A stretch of DNA of 63,833 bases, counting the filler, from Asterionella formosa (Eukaryota), in NCBI GenBank assembly GCA_002256025.1. It is 20 parts of 20 records of this genome, joined end to end, with 100 filler letters (N's around TTAATTAATTAA, not from the genome) between each part and the next. Parts side by side here need not be neighbours in the genome. Positions count along the whole stretch, not along the records: positions 38,399 to 41,491 come from NKIB01014488.1; positions 41,592 to 44,684 come from NKIB01014489.1; positions 44,785 to 47,880 come from NKIB01014490.1; positions 47,981 to 51,073 come from NKIB01014491.1; 16 more parts are not named here. One strand, given 5' to 3'. Shown here one piece after another: positions 39,984 through 50,430 of this stretch. The notes under the pieces were generated by a model. It was not told the origin of the DNA. It saw only the letters and a program-made list of their open reading frames with translations, and did not search any database. Both the position numbers and the translations under genes were made by a program. The stretch's first letter is position 1. The number at the start of each line of letters is the position of its first letter.

Positions 39984-40099
39984 AGATACACATTTCGGAG
40001 TAACAAAAAATGTGTTGCTGGAGCGAAGCAACATACCACCCGGATGTGTGAGATACAAAAAATTGGACCAAGCAACATATTTTTAATTTTTGTATCTCT
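39984..40099 (-). repeat. Inverted partner of 38586-38700
   Basis: Direct sequence comparison. Confidence 0.88.
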
Positions 40100-40108
40100 A
40101 TTAATTAA

Positions 40109-41175
40109 GGTTCGTGCATTTCAACCCAAAGGCAAAAATTAAAATATTGCTTAGGGTTGCGGAAATTCCCTGGAACCAAGAATTTATATGAGCTATTTTT
40201 GAATTACATGGTTCCATTTGAAATATTCAAATCAGTGGAAATTTGGGTGTGCGTGCATAGATTCCTTTTCGAATTCCCTAAATATATAGGTATAGATTGT
40301 ACATCTCTCTATATATACTGGTATACACTCTATACACTGATCGACAGTTTATGTGTCATACAACCCGGGGGCTCAGCAAGTATTTGAAGTGCTTTCTAGG
40401 AGTGGTACGCATGTGTCAAATGATAATCATCTACCGGTACCCATGGTGGATATGGTACCGGCGTACCGGCGATCGCCCAAGAAAATTTTAAATGTGTATC
40501 CAGTGTGGCTGGTGTGGGTTTGCAAGACCTCGCAAACCGGGCCAATCAAATATCGGTAAGTAATTGAACTTGACCAATCGAAATATTTATAGTGAAGCGG
40601 ACACTTACAATGGAACTTTTTGTACAGAAGATTATAGGACGAAAAATTGAATCACAAGACTTCAATTCCGATGATGATGTTTTGGCGATTATTGATTCTG
40701 ATTCCGACATTTTGGAGACCGTTGAAAAGGCCAATATTGTCGAATTTTCGAACAACGATAGCTCAACGTTGGAAGGGTTTAAAGAAGGGCTAAGTGCATA
40801 GGTAATCTTCATATAACCGCAGAAGTTAACTTTCGGCGAGAAAGTGCAGAAAGGAACTTCAGTTTTTTTATTAGGCTTTATAAACTAGTTGGCCCAGTAA
40901 AATCCACTATTTTCAGCATAGTTAAAAAACCGAAGTTCCTTTCTGCACTTTCTCGACAGATCCTATATCCTGACGATATATAGCGTTGACATATAACCCT
41001 ACTTTGTCAGAAGACAGTATCTAACCATATGGAAAAGTTATATATTGGTGAAAGCTCTGTTTAGCGTTATACATTGATCTTTTACTCGTAAGAAGTGTGT
41101 GTTTGAGTACCGGTACTCTGACTCAATATTTCTTTTTTAACCCTACTTCTAATCTAGGGTTGAAATGCAGGAACG
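40109..41175. mobile_element. 1067-bp non-autonomous DNA transposon with 19-bp TIRs and TTAA flanks (Kolobok-like)
   Basis: TTAA|GGTTCGTGCATTTCAACCC ... GGGTTGAAATGCAGGAACG|TTAA (17/19 match); relatives at 15618 and 9769. Confidence 0.82.
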
Positions 41176-41731
41176 TTAAAATCGCCCCTAAAAAATAAAA
41201 AATAAAGCTTCGTTTTCTCCCATGCTCAGTCAGATATAGCTTTTGTCTACTCTTATTAGGCAATTTGTGCTAGTCTAGTACAAATCACCGTACTGCTGCT
41301 CTATCCTTTTGTCCCGCGTGTACAAGCGTGGCTAAGGATTGAAGACACCGATGCATGTGAATTCCCATGCATTCTCCTATTTTATTGATGGCAGACATGC
41401 AGGATAGCTCAGATCGATTAGCAATCTATTGACTTTCCCTAAATGCCCACTACTTCCGCTCAAACGATTCTCAAGTCTTCTCTTCACTCTGNNNNNNNNN
41501 NNNNNNNNNNNNNNNNNNNNNNNNNNNNNNNNNNNTTAATTAATTAANNNNNNNNNNNNNNNNNNNNNNNNNNNNNNNNNNNNNNNNNNNNATGCTTTTT
41601 GTTCGAGCTCTTCAAGTTCAGCCTCAAAATCAGGTTTTTCCGCGTCATCGCCATCATCAGCCGACTTGTCATCCATTCTTTTCTTGAGAGATTGGTTTTC
41701 AGTGTTAGCACCTCTGCTGACTGAGAGTTGA

Positions 41732-42139
41732 GAGGAAATTTTCCGTGTAACTAATGGAATGTGGTCTGTGATGACTGGAAAGGGCAGGCCTGCTCTTGCC
41801 GCTGACGAGACTGATGTTCCCGGGTCCATTACGAGCACTCGTCATGAGAATGGAACCCGTCCACCATCCAACAATACTTCATCGATGTCTACCCAGCTCT
41901 ATTCCTACACTGCGAATGATTTGTTCAACAACCAGCCGAAGAAGTCACTCAAGCTTCTTTTCTTGTCAGCTGATACAGGCGGGGGTCATCGCGCATCAGC
42001 TGAAGCTCTTGCCAAACAAGTGAGCCATCGCTGTGCAATGTTTAGCGCGAATGCATTGCTTGCTTGTTCTCATTTTGTATTATCTGTTTGCAAAACATAG
42101 TTTCAGCTTCATTACCCTGGTAGTACTTACGATTTATTA
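41732..42139 (+). pseudogene. MGD: MGDG synthase gene fragment with one intron (42020-42100)
   Basis: LLFLSADTGGGHRASAEALAKQ|FQLHYPGSTYDLL; similarity ends abruptly and a stop follows. Confidence 0.75.
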
Positions 42140-43292
42140 TCATTACGTTCCTGCCTATTGAAATCTCGACCTCATTTGCTTCCAAAAAGAGATTTGTAAA
42201 CACCTTATTGAGATAGCTTATCAATCTATTAGCATTAAGTTTTATATTATCGCCAAGGGAGTGTTTTCATGACGATATTCCCTGAATTGATTGACCGGCA
42301 ACCAAATACCATGAATGGCAGGGTCGCTGATAGCAGCCAAAACTGATATTGCTACAACTTTTTGAATATCATGTGAAAAGTGATTCCCCAAAAGCGTTTC
42401 ACTCATGTCTAGAAGAACGCCTCTTAAAGCCTTTGGGGAATCACTTTTTCCCAAGTAACGGCGGCGATATTGAGCAACATGGTGAGGTGATCGAAGCGAA
42501 CAAATTGGCGTGATATTCCCTAAACCTATAGGATAAGGATAATATTTTGTACCAGTTCTACGTGGGCTACTATAATTTTTTTTTAATGCAACCAGCCTTA
42601 CCGTTACGACGTAGCTAATATATAGGAGAAAATGCATACCGGTAGTATACCGGCATTACGGTAGGCACTAGTCACTACATACCTACGATGGTGCCTGTAA
42701 CCATGTAGGCACGTTCCTCGTAAACGCACGTCCCAGAGGGAGTACGACATGAGCGAGATACTATGTACATTATATGATTAGGGTTAAAATAATCGATGTA
42801 AATGCTTCTTTATTTAGGCCCGTTTAATCTTCGTATTTTCGTCCCTTACGGGCTAAATAACTCGCAAATCCCCCCCGATTACGAAGATTAATCTTCGTTT
42901 GCCCGAATATTTCGAGGGTCATCCCCGATATTGACCCAATCTTCGTATTTTCTTGAACAATCTTCGTTTCCGAAGATTAATCTTCGGGCAAACGAAGATT
43001 GTCTCCACCAATCAGAATGGCGGAAACAATATATAATCGCCATCACATATTCTGATGATATAGTATTCGATACTTCTATTGTAGTATTATTGTCATTATT
43101 GTTACCGTGGATATTATTAACATAATAATTCTTACTTTTAATATTTTTGTTTTATGATAATAATTTGTAACATGACGACTCCGCCAACGCTATCATCAAC
43201 CTTACTGGCACATTATCAACATTGTGTGCAGCCATGGAAGCAACAACGGTTGTCATGGCAACTACCAGCAGCCTTGCCAGCTGCGTTGCGAA

Positions 43293-44030
43293 ATGAGCTG
43301 GTTTCTCAGTTCCATTTGGAAGCTCAATCTGAAAGAGGGAATCAGCAATTTACGTCGAAGACAGCGTCATTTCCCTCGATCGTGCACCTCATTGGCATAT
43401 TTATTTACACTCGCAAGTCTCATGAGCGGCGTGCTGGACTTTCCAAGGACGAGCAAAGTGTCGTCATTTCTGTTCCATATCAGACCGTTGCATGTTTGCA
43501 CTCCGCAGAACTTCAAGTACCTCGAGACTCTGGCCAGTCCAGATTCCATTGTCGCATCGTGGGATCCTTTTCCTACCAAGCCGATAGCGACAACGTCGTG
43601 GGAAAGACTCTTTGATCTGCAGCTGCCAGAAGGGCGGTGCATCGGCCTTGTGCTATCAGATGTTGACCCGTCGCACGCAGATGCCTTGACACCGGAGGGG
43701 ATTGCTCATGCCAAGCATTGGATTCATGACATGTTGCATCCTCAAGAAGTGTCCTTTGGAGTAGCTCAGCCATCGCATCATGCTCGGACGTCCTTCTTCC
43801 TGGGAAGGCTGGCCATGCGAGAAGCTCTGCGACTAGAGCGGCATACTTCGAAAAGCATTTCCATTCTTAAGGATGAGCATGGACGTCCGACCGTTCCGAA
43901 TGGATATCTGGGTTCTATTAGTCACAAGGGTGCAACCGGAGTGGCATTGATCGCTACTACGACAGAGGAGCACCTGGCAACAGGAATTAGGAGAAAGGAG
44001 ATAGGACGATGTGAAGGCCGATCACCTTAA
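43293..44030 (+). pseudogene. 4'-phosphopantetheinyl transferase (EntD/Sfp-like), 3'-truncated
   Basis: LHPQE, FFLGRLAMREAL, KDEHGRP, GSISHK are present; the ORF breaks at 'GI' before the GxD and FSxKE motifs. Confidence 0.72.
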
Positions 44031-44394
44031 AACAACAACAGCAACGATGATGATGGAGCATTGAGTGTTGATAAGTTTAATTATAATTAATTACGATAAT
44101 ATTCCTGCGGACGAGACTACCGGTACTAATTTTCATGTAGGAAATAAATTTCAATTCACGAGATCGGTCATTTGACGTATGGATTGACATACTATTTATT
44201 AATCTTTGGGACCGTAAGGTGGCCATAAAATTTCCCGAATACGAAGATCGAAGATTTTGCCGCGATAGCTTCGCAATATTCGATCTTCGTATTTCCTGCA
44301 CCGTAAGTTTCAGCCTAAGCAAGCTTAAATATGATAGTAGTCTTCAGCTACCAGCTACCAGCTACGAGGGAACCAGGGACGAACCAGGTAGTAA

Positions 44395-44485
44395 GTAAGG
44401 TACCAGGTACCAGGTACTGGTACCCTGGTACCGCCCGGTATCCTACACGAACTGGTACCAGGGGTACCTGGTACCTGGTACCAGT
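44395..44485. repeat. Palindromic GGTACC(A/T) micro-array
   Basis: GGTACCAGGTACCAGGTACTGGTACCCTGGTACC...GGTACCTGGTACCTGGTACCAG. Confidence 0.9.
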
Positions 44486-44537
44486 AAAGTACCTTGTGAG
44501 CGATCTTGCGCATCAATACAGATGTATATAGGGTTAG

Positions 44538-44664
44538 TGTTATATCATGTATGTATAAGAACTCAATAATGAGAGAACTCGACTAACCCTCATTGTATAC
44601 TTTGGTGTCGACTTGGAGAACGAGTTACACACAAGGATTAACAAATAAGCTCATATATTCAACA
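44538..44664. mobile_element. Possible short LTR (127 bp)
   Basis: TGTT...AACA ends and a CAAATAAGCTCA motif shared with the LTR-like region at ~52200; no TSD seen. Confidence 0.3.
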
Positions 44665-45726
44665 AATACTACTACTTCTAGTTANNNNNNNNNNNNNNNN
44701 NNNNNNNNNNNNNNNNNNNNNNNNNNNNTTAATTAATTAANNNNNNNNNNNNNNNNNNNNNNNNNNNNNNNNNNNNNNNNNNNNTCCAAAATCTTTGTTT
44801 GCACACAATTGCAAATGTAACCCACCAGGATGCAAACCTACATTGAATCAATCAGATTTTTCTTGGAATCATACCAGTACTGCTCCATGAATGCCCTCAG
44901 CTGTTTGAACAGAAGCTGTTGCTGTGGTGTCATGCAAAAGTAGCAATTAGCTACTATAATCTCTGGAGTCATAGCTACAATTATCATTTAGATCTCCCTG
45001 TTAAATGTTTGGCATTTTTTGACACGAACAGGAAGCATGAAGGCGGAATTCTATCATAACTACTACTGGTACATGAAAGTTTCGCATCAGTTGCTGTTCT
45101 CAGTATGCAACTTCTACTGGTACCAGGTACTGTTGCAGGTGTTGCCATGATACATAGGTTTATGTTGTAAGAGCATCACCATCGCATCGACAAAAGCAAT
45201 ACCCAGCTAATTGAATTTGCGGGTCATTACAGGTCATGTTGCGTCCTAATGTTGGTCGTAAAAGCTTCAATATTTTAGCCACCGCATCTACCAAGACCAA
45301 TAAGCTCTGGTATTGGTCGAGAATGACCCCCTTGTAGACCAAATATAAGGTATTTGGTCGATTTTACTCCGACCGTGGCCAAACAAAAGAAGTATTTCTA
45401 TTACCGGTAGTATAGAATGTGGCTCGCGCCGGCGCACCTAATGTTTATGGTTTAACACATTTAACAACCTAACCCTACTAACAAATAAACTGCTGTACAT
45501 ATAAATATACCTTTGAATAAGAATAAAGGCAGGTATCTAAAAAAGCATCATTTACTTAAAATGTGATATCTCTGCCAAATGTTGTGTGTCCTTAAAGTCC
45601 TTGACAGGTCCAATGAGATGTCGTTGTCCAGTATCATCAAATCAGGATGCTACAGGAGCAGGAGCAGCAGCAGTTGGCAAGGATGATTCATTGTCGGTTT
45701 CATGCAAGACCAGCGCAACTATTCAA

Positions 45727-46097
45727 TGTTAAAATTGCATCCTGAAGCCCTCTTTGTGTTCTTGTATCCTGTAAGGACACGTCAGGGACCAAATAGGCTG
45801 TAGATATGAACAACGATGTTGCAGTAATCAATTGTAATTGTTCCTAAGAGTTTTAGTAGAATTATGGGTTTTACTTGCAATGTAGATGTTTTTGAATTCT
45901 GAGTTTTCTCGGGTACCATATTCTTTTTGATTCATTCGATTCAATATGTAGTAGGTAATGTAGGTAATTCATACCGTGATTTTTCTTTCCTAAAATAATT
46001 TCTCCAACACACTCCTGCTGGACATGGATGCTCACTTTGAATTCATAATTTGCTCATGAAAATGAATAAATTTCGTTCCAACCAGTGGTTTTGTCAT
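45727..46097 (-). mobile_element. Older family A copia 3' end: RNase H tail, PPT and 3' LTR (45727-46009)
   Basis: Colinear with 2-357 (MTKPLVGTKFIHF..QIMNSK) and carries many CpG transitions. Confidence 0.92.
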
Positions 46098-46969
46098 ACT
46101 AGCAGGTCTTGGACAGCCAATCTTGTGTCCAAGAATGGCGAAGGCTCTGTTGATATACCATATACCCTGCTGGAGTGAGTGATTGCAGAGAGCATCATGC
46201 CATGACGGCTTCCTCTGCAGCATGCTGAATCAAAATAACTAAACCTGTTTCTAACTCGATTATTTTCTTCCCTTGTACTACCTATGCCTGCTGCCTCCTC
46301 TGTCTTGGGAAGAATCACCCTTTGTTCTGGGCATATGCTGTAAGCCATCTTGTTTCTTGTGTTCAAGACACCAGCAAAAAGAGGCCAACCTGTCAGAAAT
46401 GTATGCCCAGCATGTACCCTTGCTTGTCCATCATCATTTGCTCATTGAATTCCTGTAAAGGAATAATGCCATGAGGATGAAGAGATACATCTGGCATCAT
46501 GATGGTGAGCACAAAGGGAAGAGGATGCAACCAAGAATGTGCAAATGAGCAATAAATGTGATAATGAATGTGCACGCAAAAATTATAGTAGTTATTACGA
46601 TAATCATTATGTACCCATAGTACTTGTACTCACAGAAATGGCAAATGGTATACGTTACTAGAGTGATGTTGGGTGGTGCAATTCTAAATTATAGTTGCAG
46701 CCACGTATGAATCACACACTTGTACTGACCAAAACGGCACATGTTCGCTCAATCAGGATTCCATTTAAAAAATTAGCCTTCAGTAGAGAGCTAATTCAAG
46801 CTAGTACTAGATATTTACCGGACAATCGTCCAGTATAACGCCGCGAAGGTGGTCTTGACTAAACTTGGCTGATCCGAAAATCACTAGCTTCACCGTGTTC
46901 GTCTTGATGAACACCAGTTCGATCATTTTCTCAAATACCGGAAGTTAAATACCAACTTATACCTCTCTG

Positions 46970-47880
46970 CCCATCGTGGATACTCCACCTACTACTAACT
47001 TTCTGTCTCTTAACAGCCCTGCCAAGACTGTTGTTTCTCCTCTATTACTATTTTCTTGTCCCACAACAGTCCTGTCCATCATGGTTACTCCGCCCCCTAT
47101 TAACAAGTTCCGGTCCCACAACAGTCATGTCCATCGTGGTAACTCCACTATTAATAATTTCCTGTCTCTCCAACTTGACTGTTGTCAACTGGCGACAACT
47201 CCTAGCTTGTTCTACTTTTATCATTTAACATTTAGCTCACTTTATTCCGAAACATAGAGTCTACAAGCCTTCATTTAAGTTACTATTCTTCAATTATCTA
47301 CAGTTTCCATAACACTTTCAAGTGGTTATGAGCCCAAGCCTTCCAACATCATATTTCTTTTATTCTTCTCTTTTATTTTAATTTTATCGGTAGTCTTCTT
47401 TGACTAGCCCTTCCTTTCTTTCTAATTGCTCTCTTCTCTCATTTACTTTACTTCCATTGGTGGTCTTCTTCGACTGGCCCTTTCATTCTTTCTGAATACT
47501 TCCTTCTTTCATTTACATTACTTCCATCGGTAGTCTTCTTCGACTAGCCCTTTCTTTCTTTCCTTCTGAATACTTCCTTTTTTTTTCTTCTGTTACAATG
47601 GCTACCAAGTTTGGACATGTTGATCGCCTAGGTTCTGGTTACTCTGGTGGAACCCTTAACAATGACTTTTCTGTCGCCCGCCACCCTCAGTGGTCGCCTT
47701 ATCAAGCTCGGCTTGGTGATGCTACGGAACGACGCAGTCTGTTTGAATACTGCAATAAAGAACCTAAACGGCTCTACCGGGGACCCAATGCTAATGATCC
47801 CCTCAAGGACTACACTCTCAGTGGACTCTGTCAAGCTCTTCTCCTTGCTGCTCAAAACTGTGGAGTTGACACTTTCTTCC
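46970..47880 (+). mobile_element. 5' end of an LTR retrotransposon: LTR ending ~47320, PBS 47324-47336, repeat-containing leader, putative gag from 47598
   Basis: ...TTTCA agt GGTTATGAGCCCA is complementary to the initiator tRNA-Met anticodon arm; an ORF is open to the contig end; the LTR start is not defined. Confidence 0.68.
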
Positions 47881-48937
47881 NNNNNNNNNNNNNNNNNNNN
47901 NNNNNNNNNNNNNNNNNNNNNNNNTTAATTAATTAANNNNNNNNNNNNNNNNNNNNNNNNNNNNNNNNNNNNNNNNNNNNTACAAACTTGCATTCTGTCT
48001 TCATTGTCGGAAATGTATTGAGCAACCTTTCTTGCAACCACACCATCCAGCATAGCCTTAATCTCCATCTTTCTTGATTTCCATGATTTACTAGAAAAGT
48101 AGCAATGTAGGAACAGTAAATCATCTTGTCGCATGTGGCATTCCTTGGCTGGCCTGTAATCCACCCAGTAATCAGTATGCATGATAGGACTATCATAAGA
48201 TGACCCCCTATAGACTTTCGGAGCAACAGAAACAGAGCTTGCTTTCGAGTTCACTTGAGGTACCAATCCGTCTCCAGGTGCATAGTAGGGATGCAGTGAC
48301 ACAGTCGGCAGCCATTGAAGCTTGAATACTTTCGCTGGCGAAATGTTGGCTGGATTCTCACTTAGACGAGGGGACTTCATAAATTGCACAGGGTAAGAAC
48401 AAGATTGACAACGTTGTACTTTCCATTCACCAATAGTCCTTCACAGGACATTTTTCCTACACAACCCATGGTAACCATGGTAACAGAGTAGAAGTCATGA
48501 TTTTTCAACACTGGTCACAATCATAATGGGTGGGGAGGAGAACGGAAAGCAACAAGGCAACCACAAAGAAAGACCTGAGCAGTCAATTTTAATTATTGAT
48601 GTTCTGTTCTCCTACAGGCTGCATTGCCTGATCCATTGATGTTGCCACCAATGAGGCAGGTAAAGGCGATCGGGTCTACTTGTAACCAAGATCGCTCCGA
48701 TATTTATGCGTGCCTTCTTAAGTGCTATTAAAAACGAGAGCATCTGCTCGCCATAAAAAGTGGAACAAACGAAATCTAAGAGTGGCACAGTAGGGTTACT
48801 GCTCCACATAAGGAAGTGATTATTTGGAAAAACTGTTATAATTTATAGTGCGCAGTCGATGTTTTCCTTCGTGATGGTTAAATAATACGTAGATCTTCAG
48901 AACTTGGCTGGTAGGGACGGGACGTGAAGTGAGAAAC

Positions 48938-49459
48938 TCAAGCAAATGTTACAAAGTACCGGCTGTAGAATTTCTCCGTGAAACTTCCGGCGATAATGCT
49001 AATATCCAAAGGCATCTTGGTTGCAGCAGCAGTCACCTTCATAAGGGTACTGGCGGTGGACTTGGCGGTTTTATTAGAATGAGTAACTCCGCCGACTCCG
49101 GCAGTCGTACAATAAGTGCTCTTCTTCAGTGGACTAACAGCGGTCAAGGCATTGTCAGACTGTGCTGTTGTAGAAACCTCTCCAAGCCTGATGAGGATTC
49201 CTTTGAATGTCTTGCCGCTTAGTCCAGTCACAGTAATGGTGTAACTGGTATTCTTCTTGAGGCTTGCAGTACCACCGGGGGCGACGACAACACCACCAAT
49301 CTTGACCTGATACTTTCCTGCTAGCGAAACAGCAGTACCCGAATGAGGGCCTCCAAATGCTGCTGAACCCGCTGCACAGCTGCCAGCACCAGCCGAAAAA
49401 GCAAGGGTGGACGCGAGGAAAGTGAAGGCAACGAGGAGGAGGGCAGCCAAGCGGGTCAT
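48938..49459 (-). CDS. Small secreted Reeler-like domain protein
   Basis: Signal peptide, then FSAGAGSC..GGPH, YTITVTG, FKGILIRL, C...GVTH. Confidence 0.75.
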   Translation of the reverse strand: MTRLAALLLVAFTFLASTLAFSAGAGSCAAGSAAFGGPHSGTAVSLAGKYQVKIGGVVVAPGGTASLKKNTSYTITVTGLSGKTFKGILIRLGEVSTTAQSDNALTAVSPLKKSTYCTTAGVGGVTHSNKTAKSTASTLMKVTAAATKMPLDISIIAGSFTEKFYSRYFVTFA

Positions 49460-50319
49460 TGTTAATTGGATAGTTAAAAGAAAAAATGAGAAGATTTGGT
49501 GAGCATTTACCATGATGCGAGACTGACTGACTGACTGCGGATGACAAAAACAATTTCAGTATGTGATAAAAATCAATTGTGTAGAGGCTACGGACGAGTA
49601 CCCCGGGTCAGGAAATTACTACATCGTGGATGTTGGCGAGAAATACTTTCTTACCGGTAATTAGCTGCGACGTGGCTGTTTGATGGTGAGGATAAACGTA
49701 CCAGGGTTACCGTACCTGGTAGTCTACCGGTACGGTAAACGGAAACAGGTACAAGGTACCGGTACCCAAAGATAGTGCATAGCGATAGCTGCGCCGGCGT
49801 GTTGGAAGGTTCCTGAGGAACAAGCAAACAAAGCAAGACTTACTCTGAATTAAAGTACAGATGTTAAATTTAATTAGCTGCGGCGGGTTTGATGATGAGT
49901 ACCGATAACTGCGGCGGTGTGTTGGATGATGAGAAAGCAAACAAAGCAAGATTGACTCTCTATATATGTTTAGATGTCAAATGTCTCTTGATGAACACCC
50001 AGCAAGAATACCCGGTCACATTGGTCCCGATATTCCTTCGTGTACCTGTCAAGTTTAAGTCCACCTAAAACGACCGGTATATGGCAGGTACACCAAGTAC
50101 TCCATGATAAGGACGCAGAAAGCCAAAGACTCATGCTATGTATGTCATGAAAATTGGTCATCAAGAGTGCTGAAAGACTGGGCATTACAAAAGAAAACAA
50201 TTGCCCTTCCTATTAATACTAGATATCAAATGTATGTTCAGCTTTTCCTTTAAATAAATTTATGAGAACGGATGCATATAAGGCTTTGTCCTACCTAGTA
50301 GCTGATGCTCCCTACATGA

Positions 50320-50430
50320 TACCGGTACATTGTACCAGTACCTGGTACCAGGTACCAGGTACTATGGATGTATCAGTTTTGTGCGCAACCATGGGTACAT
50401 ATCTTAGGTAGAGGTACCTGGTACCAGTAC
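50320..50430. repeat. Palindromic GGTACC(A/T) micro-array
   Basis: TACCGGTA...GTACCAGTACCTGGTACCAGGTACCAGGTAC...GGTACCTGGTACCAG. Confidence 0.88.

Noticed and set aside
47386..47580. CRISPR-like repeat/spacer appearance
   Set aside because: The intervening sequences are themselves similar (a tandem repeat), the context is eukaryotic and no cas genes are present.
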